Origin: Convolutriloba macropyga
Taxonomy: Eukaryota
Assembly (NCBI RefSeq): GCF_964194025.1
Contig: NC_134480.1
Span: 37,014,001 to 37,078,000, forward strand
Direction: 5' to 3'
DNA length: 64,000 nucleotides
Shown here one piece after another: positions 12,501 to 25,934 of this stretch. The notes below the pieces were generated by a model that did no database searches, was not told the DNA's origin, and saw nothing but the letters and a program-made list of their open reading frames with translations. Made by a program: the position numbers and the translations under genes. Position 1 is the stretch's first letter; each line of letters opens with the position of its first letter.

Positions 12501-15500
12501 TCTAAAAAAATTAATGGATGATTTTTGTTTTTGCTCTTTTTTTGTTTGTTTTTTTTTTCTCGTAGGTTTTTTCAATGAAAGATCTCGTCTGCGCCGTAAT
12601 GAGGCATGGCATTGTGTAATTCAATAATTAGTTAGGTTTTTAAACTTTTTTTTAAACTCAGACATCTATTTTATTATCTCTTCCTTTGGTTGACAATTAA
12701 GTCAAAAGTGTAGATGAGCTCAGGTCGGAACATCATGTGCGAACGCACATTCACGAGCATCCTTGTTAAACTATAAGAATAGTAAATTCAACGCTCAAAA
12801 ATTATTGACACGATACGAAGCAATGAAGATAGAGCCCTATCTCTATCGTCGGGATGGATTGTACCGAGTAAATTTTCTGGATGGACTGTACCGTGTTCAT
12901 TGAAAATCAATTAATTTGATGCATTAATTGAGGATCAAATTTTTCTTAAAGTAGCCAAGTTTTGGATAAAATGGCAAAAAATCCTTTTTTTTGTTCAAAC
13001 TGAAACACCATTTTAAATAGCACTTTTTATTGCGTTATAAAGAAAAAAAAATTACAATTGTGACAGTTTTTTTGTAAAAATTGACCAGAAGGTTTTCGTC
13101 AATCTGCAGAACACAAAAAGAGAATTTAATTAAATTTCAAGCAAAACCGCTAATAAGAATACAGGTACCAAGTTGAATGCTCATCAAGTTAAAAAGAACT
13201 TAATACGCTTTGAATTTGAATTCATTTTGATAATTTGTGTTGATTTTCGTCATTCAGAAGCTTTAAACTCAATTATCACTACTTTGTATTAATTATTTGG
13301 TTTTCTTTCAGCAACAAATGGAAGTAAGTTAATGCGTGTGTGTGATGTAAATGTTTAGACTGAAATTTTTGCTCGAGACGTTTTTATACATAGTTTTTTC
13401 TCTGATTTCGTTTGTACTCGACATGATATTTCTAACTATAATCTATAGTAATTATAAGCAATACATTAAAACAGGCACATGCAAGCTTTGCAATGAATGT
13501 CTGAAATGGCGATGAAATGCCAGAAATTTGAATTTAATAATGCCAGACATTCGTGTATTGAGGACAGTTTAAACAAAGTCAAAATTTAAACAAAACGTTT
13601 TGGGCATTAAAACATGCAAAATGCGTGATTTAAGTACGTGACTCTGCAGAAGTCATTCTGAAATTCTGGGTGAGATCTCGAAATGCTCCCGAGATCAGGG
13701 TTGATACCAGAAGTTCTCAATTAATTCCTCAGAGTCACATGCGTGATTATTTCAATTTCCATAGATTTCTTTCCATTCTCCAGTCTTCGATATTTTTGGA
13801 CCTCTGTATAATTTCTTTTGAATTTGGTGAAATAATGATCTTTTCCCCTTTAAAAAATACTCTGCTATTTATTTTGTTCACGTGCTGTTGTGTTCACATT
13901 TTAGGAGGAGAGGTTGGCCCTGTGCGTGTGTCAGTTTCTCTTCAGTGTCATATGGGGAATCGGGGGGTGTCTGCAGGGCGCCAGCAAGGAAAAGTTGGTC
14001 ACGTGATCTTCTTGCAAAATTCTTTCCAGAATTAAACTCTATTTTTTGCTGTTAAAATGAGCATCTTTTCAGATTCGGAGAATTTTTCAAGAGTATTTGC
14101 GACTCAGACGAAAGAGCCAAAAACAATCCCAAGTAAGTTGGTTTTAATATTTATTCTTAAATAAAGAAAATTAAACCGAGAAAAAGTTAATTTTTCGACA
14201 GTACCCATTTTGAATTATTTGTAAAGCGAACTTAATTTGCAGCCCGTTTTTAGTTAAACCACGAGAACTAACAGCCATTTAGAATGCGTTGAGTTAATTT
14301 TGTATTCTTTGATAAGCTCTGAGATATTTATAAGTCTAAAATTTTTAAATTTTGATCTTATTCATTTCTTTGCCTAATGTAGTAACCCAATATGTACCCA
14401 GCCGTAAGTTGAAATGATGCAAGACTTTGTGAAATGATATTGTTTCATGCCTATTGACTTCATTTCGAGTGGAAATATTTGTTTTCGTTTTGATAACTGC
14501 ACAATTGTAAAACGTTGTTTAGTGTGCTATGACCATTGTGTGTCTGTGTGTTATGTATAGTACCAATGCACTGTTTTGTGTTTGTTCATGTTAAAGACCG
14601 ATTCTTCGGGGATGGTGGGAGTAAGTACAAATAAAAGAGCGGCTTCTGATTCGGTCGTGAAAACTCATTCAGTCACATCGCGGCGCTAAATTCTGTGAAC
14701 TTCTGTCAATTGCATCCTAATGAAGTTTTTTGTTTGAAGTGGCAATTTCAGAGAAAGGAAGAAAGGTGATAGTGTAAAATTGATTTGAACACATCTATCA
14801 AAAAACAAGCGTTGTATCACAAACATCACCACCTCAATGCGCGCAGAAGAAATGTTAAGTTTTTTCTGAAACAGACGGTTATTCTGTAACTTTTGGCCAG
14901 ATTGTTGCAAAATTAAACTCAATCGCAGTGGAGTTTTGAAATATTCTTTCCTACATAGCCGTCTCTGACAAAAATCTTGCAAGATCTTACCGGACAGAGG
15001 CCACAATTAAACTCTGGTAAATACCAAAAACGCTTACTTTTAGGAAAAAAAAGATATCAACCAATTTTTACCGAAGGTGCAAAATAAACCTCTAAAAGTT
15101 ATCACCAAGTCTACTTCAAAATTAACCCCTCAGTATAAATATCCTAGACAACTTTGAGGGCTTTTCGTAATGAAACTCACTATAATCACATCAAAAAGAA
15201 TACTTTTTCGGCTTCAAATCATAACTAACACTTGATGATAAAATACTATTTTGGAAAATTATTTGCCTCTGCTTTTTCGATATCATCATTGATCTGAGTT
15301 TTCCCCAAAATGTCATTATTTCATATTTGATCCCAAAATAAAAATTTTTACTTAAAACAGTTTGTTTACTTACTATCGAAGTGCCAAATAATCACAAAAG
15401 GCATACTACTACGACAATTAAAAGAAAAAACCAAAGTTCTACATAACTTCTTTCATATCGATGATTTCTAAATTTCAGAGCGACCTATTGATTTCGAATT

Positions 15501-18500
15501 TCAGATAAAACCAGTTTGATGCCAAATCTTTATGAATCTTCAACTTGTTAAAACTAAAATTAACTAGCGCGTTGTTCATACCATCACAAGCGTATCAGAT
15601 GAAAAGCGATTTTTGTTTTGCTGTTTTTTGATATCTCTGGTCTTTTATGTTATTCTAGCTTTTGATTAGACTTTATGAACTATTATATACTTTCTTCTGG
15701 AATTTTTGTTTTTTACTGTAATTTTTCGATACTGATGGAGCCCATGAATGCTTTGGAAAAATCGAATTAGCATTGAATTTCTGACGATGCTTGAGAAATC
15801 TATTTTTGTGGCGTTACCTTTTTCAGTTGAAGACTTGAAAAGCCAAGATAGACATCAAAATACTTGTCTGTTTTATACTGATAATGTTGCTATAGTTCCT
15901 CCTGTTAGACGCTTTTCATTCCTATTTGAAGAATTTTGTAGTACCTACGATAATTTTTTGGTTAGTATCAAGTTAGTACATCTTAAAATTTTTTTATTGG
16001 GGACTTTTCCATCATCATCATTGAGGAAGTTAAAGAAAAGAAAATTTGTTCGGCCAGGAAACCGAATGTTTTTTTCGATAGAAATAAGTTTAATCTCGTT
16101 TGGATGTTTCGCTATTGGTAAAAATTGAAAAAATTGTTTTAGTTCTTCGGCTTTAAATTCAAGTTATTACTTATTCAAATTAACTTTCCGGAAGTTTTCA
16201 AGACTGTTCGGACATGAATTAACAATGCTGTCTGTAGCACCACTGGTAAAAGTTGCAGCGGATAACCACTGAATTTTTTGCGGTCAAGTTACAGCCGATA
16301 AAAGCGGTAAATTTTTGTGCACATTGCAATAAAGTTCTAACTGCAATTTTATTCATCTCCTTCTTTGCTGTGATCTTCCAAAATTTTTTTGATGGCAGTA
16401 CGAAGGCACTATCAAAGCTGTTTTTGATGGTTAGTTTTGAATTTTTTGATAAAACTGCTCTACTTTATTTTAAAAAGGCTCATGAATCATTTTTATTTTG
16501 TAATGCGATGAGACTAACATTTCCTATTGTAATAACTTAACCCACTATCCAAAATTGCGCTGCTACAAAATTTTAAAAACAGTTTTCAAGTTAACTTAAT
16601 TGTTTGTTCTGATTGTTTCCCACACATTTTCTGCTCTATAACGTTCTCGTATATAAGTTTATTAAAAATCTTACAAAAAGCTGTTTTGCAAATTTTTTAC
16701 AAAGAAAAGTTGACAAGGAAAATTTAATAATCCTCACTATTTCACCAGGTACCCAAATACATTGAAATGAAAAATATGTTTGTATTCGGCAGCAAAACTA
16801 ACGGTGTGTCCATTTTGTGAGCGCATTTTCCATAGAGACAGAAAAAAATCTTTTTAAATTCTTAATTTTGATACATCGAGAATGACAAAAACTCTTCTCT
16901 GACATTTATTTTTTTCATATTCATTAGTAATTGAATTTTTTCATCTTTGGCGCTGCCATGACGTCGTTTTCTAATTGAATTAAGAAACTGAAGAGAACCT
17001 TGCGATATTTGAACAGTTCGACTACTAAGGAGTTTCATCATTTTAGTTGCATGGCAATCATGAAATCATGTCTGCAGACACTCATAGTTTTTTCGTCACT
17101 TTTGAGCTATTCACCCACAAAATTTTCAATTTTTACTGATTGGTGATAATTGATAATGCATAAATTGCTATTTCTCAAGCTTCAGTACACAGGTTAGCAG
17201 TTAGAGTAAACAAAACCTAGTCAATTGAAAAAAAAGTAACACTAAACTACGAGTCGGAACAAGAAGTAGAAAATTGATCCAACGAAAGACCAATTTAGGA
17301 AATGTTAACAATGTTTGTTTAATTATGATCATTTAAAAATCACTGAATTAGCTTAAGGAGTCTTGTTTATTTAGAATGTATATTTTTAAATCAATTCTGT
17401 TTCAGGCCTAAGGATCTCAAATTTCCTCGACATTTGTTGATCCCGAAGAGAGGATCTGTCTATGACTATGTGTTTCTGAAGAAGAGCTATGGCTCGTGGC
17501 ATAAGTGGGAGGTGATGATGGAAACCACAGAACTGGACGAGAAGACAAAGGTTAGCCAGAACTTGATTAACTTGAGCTTGGGCTAGCTATGTTGAGCTGG
17601 ATCCGAACGATTACAATGAGTTGAATTTGCTTTACCAAAGTGTCCAATATGTACTATTTTAGCTACGCAATATCCAGTACTCAATGGAACAGTAAAGTTG
17701 ATATGTTTCCCTGGTTGAAGTTTCTTCAATTTGATACAAGGATTGTATATGATCTCATAACGCCCATACTGACTTTCTAAAGAACAATTACTATGAAATC
17801 AAAGCAATCAAGTATGGTTATGTTCAATTGATGGTTATGTATCACCATTGCGTTTTGAGAATATCAGGTGTATGAAATCTTTGACCTTATACAGGTGCCA
17901 TTAAAATTTTTTCTATCTTATAGAGATACAAAATCCTTCTATGAGATAGAAAGTTTTTTCGAATGACCCCCTGCATGAGGTCAAAGATTTCATACACCTG
18001 ATACTCTCAAAACGCAGTGGTAATATATAACCATCAGTTGAACCTCCAAAAATGGACAGAGCTCTGCCTCTGAGATCATTCCGGCAATAACCGACTGTAA
18101 TTAAATTAATGAGATTACTCACATTAATTTTGCGAGCTCTTTAATTGCTCTCAAAGATCATTTGTAACATTTCTGATTTTTCGCAAAGAATGGGGTAAAG
18201 TGGGTCACCTAAAAGTTCCTCTCATAAAAACTGTTTTTATCATTATGTTTTAGCCGTAGGTCGTCAAGCAAGCTGGTTGCTAGCGGTCAATGGTGTTTGA
18301 GCCTTATATTAATGGATTACTGACCGGAGCCATGAAGTTTTACCTGATAAAGAGAAATCATTCCGTTCTGTTTTTTCTATAGGAGTTTGTCTTGAGTTTT
18401 GTCGTACAGAAATCGTTTTCTGTATTCGGGTAGATTTGCGGAGCGGATTTATGATACTAGTTGTTGCGAAATTATTAGTGATTTCGCGGAGCGTTTCCAC

Positions 18501-21500
18501 TACTAAAATTTGTGCTTAGTGGATTAAGCTTTCTGAGTCCTTTTAAGTGGTATTCGCGTCGCAAATACAGCGTTAACTTTTAGACTAGTATTTCGCTTAG
18601 CAACACTATTCTTGTATTTGATATTTTGGATTGAGTGATCCGCGGAACGAAATTCGAAATAAAGAGAGTCAACTGAAAATTGAATTTAGATTGAAGAGAA
18701 TGAATAAATAAGAACTACAGAATTTTGATCAGCAATTTGATCATAACTAAAATTGGAAATTTGCGGTAAAACAGAATGAGCAGACAATATGAACAGACAA
18801 TTAAATCACAACGTTAATTAAATAAATTTAGCAGGCATGAATGAGGATTATTTGATCTTCAAAACAGGATTGAACAAATTGGTACTAAAATGATGAAAAT
18901 GAACTATATTCAAGATTAAATAAAAATAGGGGGTTTAGCACTACAATATCAATGGCCCAATGTAAACTATATCACATTTCTACCTCAACAAAAATAAACA
19001 ACGAAGTAGTTTATCAGGAAATTAATAAAATATGCGCTGGTTACTATAATTAATACTATAATGTTTGTGGAGAGTTTAATCATAGTCACTTTCATAGATG
19101 CGTTCCGCCTCGCCAACTGTCATTGATGTTTCGGGTTCTTCATAAATTGGAGAGACGTAGTATTGAGTTTGAAAAGACTGTACCACATTGTTCCATATTT
19201 GATTACTGGCGGCTGTTTTTTGAATTGTTGATACATTCGATTTTTTCTGCTTTTGTTGTTGCTTAATCATCTGCCTTCGTTTTTGTTGTGAAGGTGCCGA
19301 AGTAGATGATACGGTTGGCGGACAAATTTGTGTGGACGCCAATGATTCAGTCTGATTCAGTTACGGATGGTGAGGAGCGTTTTCGTTTGTGAGATGGTTG
19401 TAGAGCTTCCGTACCTTTAGTGGCTGCCTTTCGCTTCGGTCGGGTCGGTGGCTCCGCGATTACTATAGATGTCTGCGGTAGGACCATCGGCGATTCGAAA
19501 TCAATCAAATTATCTGTAGGTGGTTGCAGCTGTGCGGGTACTAAGTTTTTCTTCGGTTTCGTCGGCAATCGCACTCGCAACGCTCTTGACACATTCGAAT
19601 GGATAGAAGAGACTGCGCTCATGTCATCAGCGATTTTCTTGTGTTTTGTCTTTTTGTTGCCCTCTAACTTTCGTCTTGCCTCTCTAGCGTGTTGATTTAT
19701 CAGATCCTCTGTGATTTTTCCTGATGGTATTTTTGATCTTCTCTTAGCGTAAACCTGCAAGTCTGTTTGTCTCACTGCTTTGGTTCCGAATTTAGCCAAA
19801 TCAGAGTTTCCTATGGTTACTTCACGTTTTCCCGGTTCTTTTATTATGGACGTGTATCGTCTGATTTTATCACCGATGACCCGGGCGCCAGAACCTCGTA
19901 AAGACCGTCCAGATTTTTCTTAGATCTTTTACTTTTGGGTTTTTCTTGCCAATTTCAATGTTAGTGAGGCCTCAATTCTGGGTACTGCCTGACCAACATC
20001 TGGGTGTGGGACCGTTCGTGATTCCTTATCAGGATCTGCATTACATCGTCGAACCGCATCATTGCTTAGTTGATCTCTGTTTATCTCTAGTTTGCTGTCA
20101 ATCCTTGCTTCAGTGTCCCATTGCTCATCCGAGATTAACTCGTCCCAGCGAACTGTCTCCATGTTTAATTTTTAAAAAATTTGGTTTATATGTGAGAGTA
20201 CTAGGGTCAGGTTCGGTTGAAATATTACTTAAAAGAAAATTCGCTTTTCTACCAAAATGCGGTTCAAACGGTGAGATTTTAATAGTCTTCTGGCGACAGA
20301 TACCGAGTTGATAAATAATAGAGTTTATCGATGCTTTCAAATTAAAGTGATTTCGCTCCGCCGTTTTAATACAAGCTAAGCGATTCTTGATTGTTTGAAT
20401 TAGCCTTTCAACTAGCCCAATTGCGCTGTGGTCGTGTATTGGAGGTTCAATTAATTGCATATTAGTTTGATTACAAATTGCTTTAATTTGTTGACCAGTT
20501 TGGCACCGCGCTTGATCTAATCTAATCGTACGAGGTATTCCGTGTAGTAAAACATACCCTTGAGGGAGTTTCAAAATATTATCTGCATTTGCTCTGTCAA
20601 ATACCTCCGCTGTTGGAAATTTAGAAAATCGATCTTTACATGCGAGAAAATAGACTTCTTGATTCTTTTCATTATAAATTGGTCCGACAAAATCAATTTG
20701 AATTTCTTCATTTGGTACTTTGCACAATTTTAATGGGGCCCATTTGCTAGAAGGAATAATAGACTTTAAATTTTTACCAATTTTGACGCAAGGGTTACAT
20801 TTTGCCGTTCTTGTGATGATGTCTCGATGCATGTACGGCCACCATGCATGTGTTGCCACGTCCGTCATCCCTCAACTCCCTGGGTGTGTGGCATGTATCG
20901 CTTCCACGTAAGCGTCTTTAATTGAGTTGTGGAGGGCGATGCGATCATCTATGCATACACAGCCGTTATTTACGTGGAGGTCCTTCCAAAAGCTAAGTAT
21001 GCAGGGGCTTATTTGGCGGCACCTGTCTTCTTTGTCCGTTAGCACACAGTGCATGATTTCCTTGAGGATTGCATCCTTTGATGTGAGGCTCGCCATTAAA
21101 GTACTGGAGAATATCTTTGACAAGGCAAAGTTGAAAGCGTCCGTGTATAAATCATCTGTTGACGGTGAAGTCACAGTCGTTGTGTCCGTGTCCGTGTTGG
21201 GGTAGATGGTGTTGCTTGTACTGATGGAGCGGTGGATGGGCCTGCTTTATCGGCAAACCGTACATTTGAGGCTGTAGAATGTTTCAATTGCATGAGTGTT
21301 TCTTCATCAGAGTTCGACATCATCAATACGTTGTGGAAGCTATTAGGAACTCGTTGGAAACTATTGAGATTTTTATCCGACTGATTGGTGAAGTGATTTA
21401 AGGCAAAAAGCGAGCGGGGAATGTTTGCCGTCTCGATTTGGGCATTGGAATTGGAGTTATCTGGTGTTAATTTGCTAATTGTATTGCCATTTTGCGTAAT

Positions 21501-24500
21501 CGCGGATTCGCGTAATTGTGTTCTCGATTTCGCGGTGCAAATTCACTGCATAATTTGTCATTAGAATTCGGGTTATTTGAGGCTGGTTTTATAAGTGGAT
21601 TTCTCATTTTAGATAACAAAGCTCTGTGATCGGTTATGATTCTGAATGGCTTACCATAAAGGTAATATTTGAAGTGTTCGATAGACCAAACAACACCCAA
21701 TAATTCAAGCTCATTAAGGCTATAACGATCTTTAATAACTGAATTTAAGAATCGTGATGCGAAAGCTACAGTGTGCCATCCGTTCGGAGTTCGTTGCTCT
21801 AATGCACAACCTAAACCTTTACGAGAGGCATCGCATTTTATGCGTGTTTCTAGATCTGGGTTAAAATGCTTATTTTCTGTTGTTTCGGCATTTTTCGTTT
21901 TTATCAACTTGAAATGTTGTTCATGTTCATCTGTCCAGACACTTTTTGTGTTTTTCTTAAGGAGAGGTCTAAGTGAGTAACACATTTGCGATAGATTTGG
22001 AATAAATTTTCCGAGACGATGTACTGATCGCTTAAAAGATCGCAATTTTTTGAGATTTGAGGGTGATAATAATTTTTCGATGGCATCAGTTTTATTGGAT
22101 AATGGTGTTATTCTTGTCTGACTGATACTGTTTCCTAGCCATTCAATTTTATCTTTTGCAAAATGGCATTTTGCTAAATTAATTCGAAGATTTTCTTGAT
22201 TTAATTTTATTAAGCATTTTTGTACGAGATCGAAATGATCTTCAATTCTGCCTCTACTTACTATCACTATATTGTCTAGAAAACAGAATGTATCGGTCAG
22301 GTCGGCGAGCCTACAAGCGATTGCTTTTTGAAAATCGGCAGGCATCATATCAGTTAATCCGTAAAATCCCGTTTTGAAGCTGTAAGTGCCAGTCATATCT
22401 CCGCTCACAATATTAAAGTTACAATGGCGGGCCGTATCGCTATAAAAATTTAATTCGCTATACGCGTAGAGCAAATCGAGTGTCGCAAAATAAGCCGTTT
22501 CCTGCGGTGCGTTTGACAGTGTTTGTGTATTTGTTTGAATCAAAGAATCGACATTTGGGATCTGCTACTTATTTTTGTGTATGGCTTTGTTCAAAATTTT
22601 GGAATCTAAGTCTATTTTGATTGATTGGTCTTTTTTGACTGTGATGACGATTGGAGGTATGAAAAATTTTGTTAATTTTTCAATATGTCCTTCGTTTAAC
22701 AATTTTTCGAGTTCGATCTTTACTTTTTGTTGAAGATGGATCGGCACAATAATTTCCATGGAATTTTGAGTTGACAGTATGATGTTTCGATTTACCAATT
22801 CTTGAAATGAATTCCGGAAAGTTTTTGGCTAGGGATTGTTTTATTGCACAAGGGCCTTCAACGGTGTTTACCTCTATGTTCGGGCAAGGCTTTTGTGAGA
22901 TAGTCATTCCCAATTGATCGAAGAGATCACGTCCAAGGATGGGTCGAAAACCATCTACAACTACCGTGACTTTTCCTTTTTGAATTTTCCAATTGTTACA
23001 ACGAACTGGTGTTTTTAATGTTCCAAGTGTTTCTACTATATCGCTAGAAAAATATTTGAGTTCAAGTGGTTTTTTTCTCTGACCATTGTGCTTGCATGCA
23101 GTTAAACATTATTTCCTTGGCAAGTGACATATTTATGATAGTGCAGCCACTAACAGAATCAAGGAGCAAATGGCAATCCGTATTTCCAATTGTTGTCGTC
23201 ATGTTTTGCAATACAATTGGTGGTGTATTAAGAGTTTCCGCCACCGCAACGTAATTATTGTCAGAAGAGTTGTATTCCGAATTAAACTGTTCATTATAGT
23301 TTATATAATCAACGTTTTGATTCTCCGAATTTACGTTTTGCTCTGTGTTTTCAGAATTTTCTACATGATTGATGCGATTATCTTGACGAGAATTTCTTGT
23401 ATTAGTTTACTTTTTCCGACCTACCTTTGCGAAATGATTGAGTAGACCATTATGATTAGATTTCTTACCCAAAGCGGGGCAAACCTGACGATGCGTTGGA
23501 GTCCAAGTTTGGCCACAACCTCTACACTGACCAATCGCTGCTCGATTGATTGTAATTCTGCCTGTTTGATTTCCGCGTGCATTCGCGCCGCGAAATCTAT
23601 TGAAGGATTGTATGGCATTGATTGCACTGCCAGAGGCGTTGTTGTTGTTGTTGGATGAGATTCGTTGTTGGTTTTGATGTCCCATCTCCATATTGACAAC
23701 TATACTGAGGGCTCTTTCTGGGTCTACTGTGTCACGCAGGAGTTGACGTTGAATATCATCATCCAACATATTAATGATAAAGATGTCTCTGATTAATAAT
23801 TCCCCTCGACTTTCGAAATCACAATTTTCCGCTAACTCTTTCAAAATGCTGTAGAATTGTTCTACAGCTTCACCTTTTTTCTGTTTCCTCGAGAAAAAGA
23901 CGTAGCAATCAAAAGTGATGTTTCTGGGTCGTATGAAAGCTATTTCCATCGTCTCCCAAAGTTTGAGGGTAGAGAGGTCGTAGATGTTATCATGGGGAAA
24001 TTTTTTGGCTTTAAAAGACGTCTTCCTTCCGTTCCAATACTGAGGTACAGGAGTGAGACACACTTCTAATCGCATAGAAACCATGGTCTTTTAATACACA
24101 AAACGCCTGCCTCCGTGATTTGTTGGCATTTCATTTCCCATTGGAGTTTCATTTGATTATTCCGGATTTGCCGATCTCGTTCCGTTTCCTCGGTTGCATC
24201 CTCGATAGCCATTTCGTATTTCGGCTCGACCGATAATCGTACATGTGTTCGTTTTGGTTGCAGTAGAGTGTACAACGTTATATTCTCTCTAGCAAGGATT
24301 GCCAGTTTTACTTGCATGCGCCACTTCTCCCAACGTATTGGAGGGTCTGATGTAGCCCGTTCCCAAAAAGGCTCGATTGAAAGCGGGGTCTTGCGGGATT
24401 CACGAGCTGGCTGCGCCATGTCGTACAGAAGTCGTTTTCTGTAGTCGGGTAGATTTGCGGAGAGGATTTATGATACTAGTTGCTGCAAAATTATTAGTGA

Positions 24501-25888
24501 TTTCGCGGACCGTTTCCACTACTAAATTTGTGCTCGGTGGATTAAACTTTCTGAGTCTCATTTTTATGTGGTATTCGCGTCGCAAATACAGCTTTAACTT
24601 TTCGACTAGTATTTCGCTTATCGAAACCATTCTTGTATTTGATTTTTTGGATTGAGTGGTCCGCGGAACGAAATTCGAAATAAAAAGAGTCAACTGAAAA
24701 ATGAATTTAGATTTAAGAGAATGAATAAATAGGAACTACAGAATTTTGGCAGGCATTTAGATCATAACTTACCATAACTAAAGTTGGAAATTTGCGGTAG
24801 AACAGAAAGAGCAGACAGTATGAACAGACAATTAAATCACAACGTTAAGTAAACAAATTTAGCAGGCATGAATGAGGAAGATTTGATCTTCAAAACAGGA
24901 CTGAACAAATTGGTACTAAAACGATGAAAATGATTTATATTAAAGATTAAATAAAAATAGGGGATTTAGGACTACAATATCAATGGCCCATTGTATACTA
25001 TATCACAAGTTTTTTAGCCGCAAAAGCACCGAAAAAGTTCTTCTAAGGGTTTGACTTGCGTTTTTTGATTGACAGCACGCAAACGTACAGATGAATTGAG
25101 CAAAAAGAGTTGTTAGAATTTTTACGGAGAACCTACTAGAACATATTGAACTGCCAAAAAATTTTTTTGAAGTCATTAGATAATAAAATGGTTCGCAAGA
25201 TTGGCTTTCCTTCTGGTGAATTCTTGATTGTGTTAGTTGGAATTTTCAGCAAAACCAACAGTTGAAAGTCTAGACCGTAAGACCAGTTACAATGACTGAT
25301 TTATACCAAATTTACTTCTATCACTCTGCAAAAGAACAATCATAAGTATTTTATTGTTGAATAGTTTTGATTAAAACATCGTTAACTATCGACAAAATTA
25401 TGCTGTAGATATTTGTAATAAACTCAGTTTGCGATCTAAAGTTCAATTTATTCATACCACTTGAAAGTGACACGTAAATGTAGGGATGCAGTTTTTAAAT
25501 TATTTGAAAAAAAAGTTGTATAAACGATTATTTACGTCATTTTTTTAAATCTTTGGAACTGTTTTGGAGCTTTTAATTGAAGCGCAACCTCTGACAAGTA
25601 TTACAACGCTTCTATTCGGAAAAAAATGATTTCATAGTTATTTTTTTTTGTGTGCACTTGCGTTTTTGATCATCAACAAAGCGTGAGGCAATCCGTTTTT
25701 TCATCCCCAGCTCCTGGAACACTAAAATGCCATGAATATCGTGAAAATGGCACTTGCTTTAGTTGACCCTTTATTCGAAATCTTTTTCGTCAGTGAGTAA
25801 TATAAAAGAAAAAAATGCAAAATATGATTCCACGAACAGATCAGACTAGTCCTGATATAGCCACACGTCCCACTAAAATAATTAATGA

Positions 25889-25934
<46 letters not shown>

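Larger units (their letters stand above)
18400..25007 (-). mobile_element. Full-length decayed Ty3/Gypsy LTR retrotransposon, Mag-like
   Basis: LTRs 24419-25007 and 18400-18976 (TG...CA on minus); 5-bp TSD AGTTT at 18395-18399 and 25008-25012; PBS TGGCGCAGCC directly after the 5' LTR; purine tract GAGGTAGAAA before the 3' LTR; domain order gag-PR-RT-RH-IN. Confidence 0.95.

Noticed and set aside
14686-16540. ORFs of 95-126 aa in intron 5
   Set aside because: F/L/K-biased composition typical of AT-rich non-coding DNA, with no motif; may be decayed repeat that I cannot classify.
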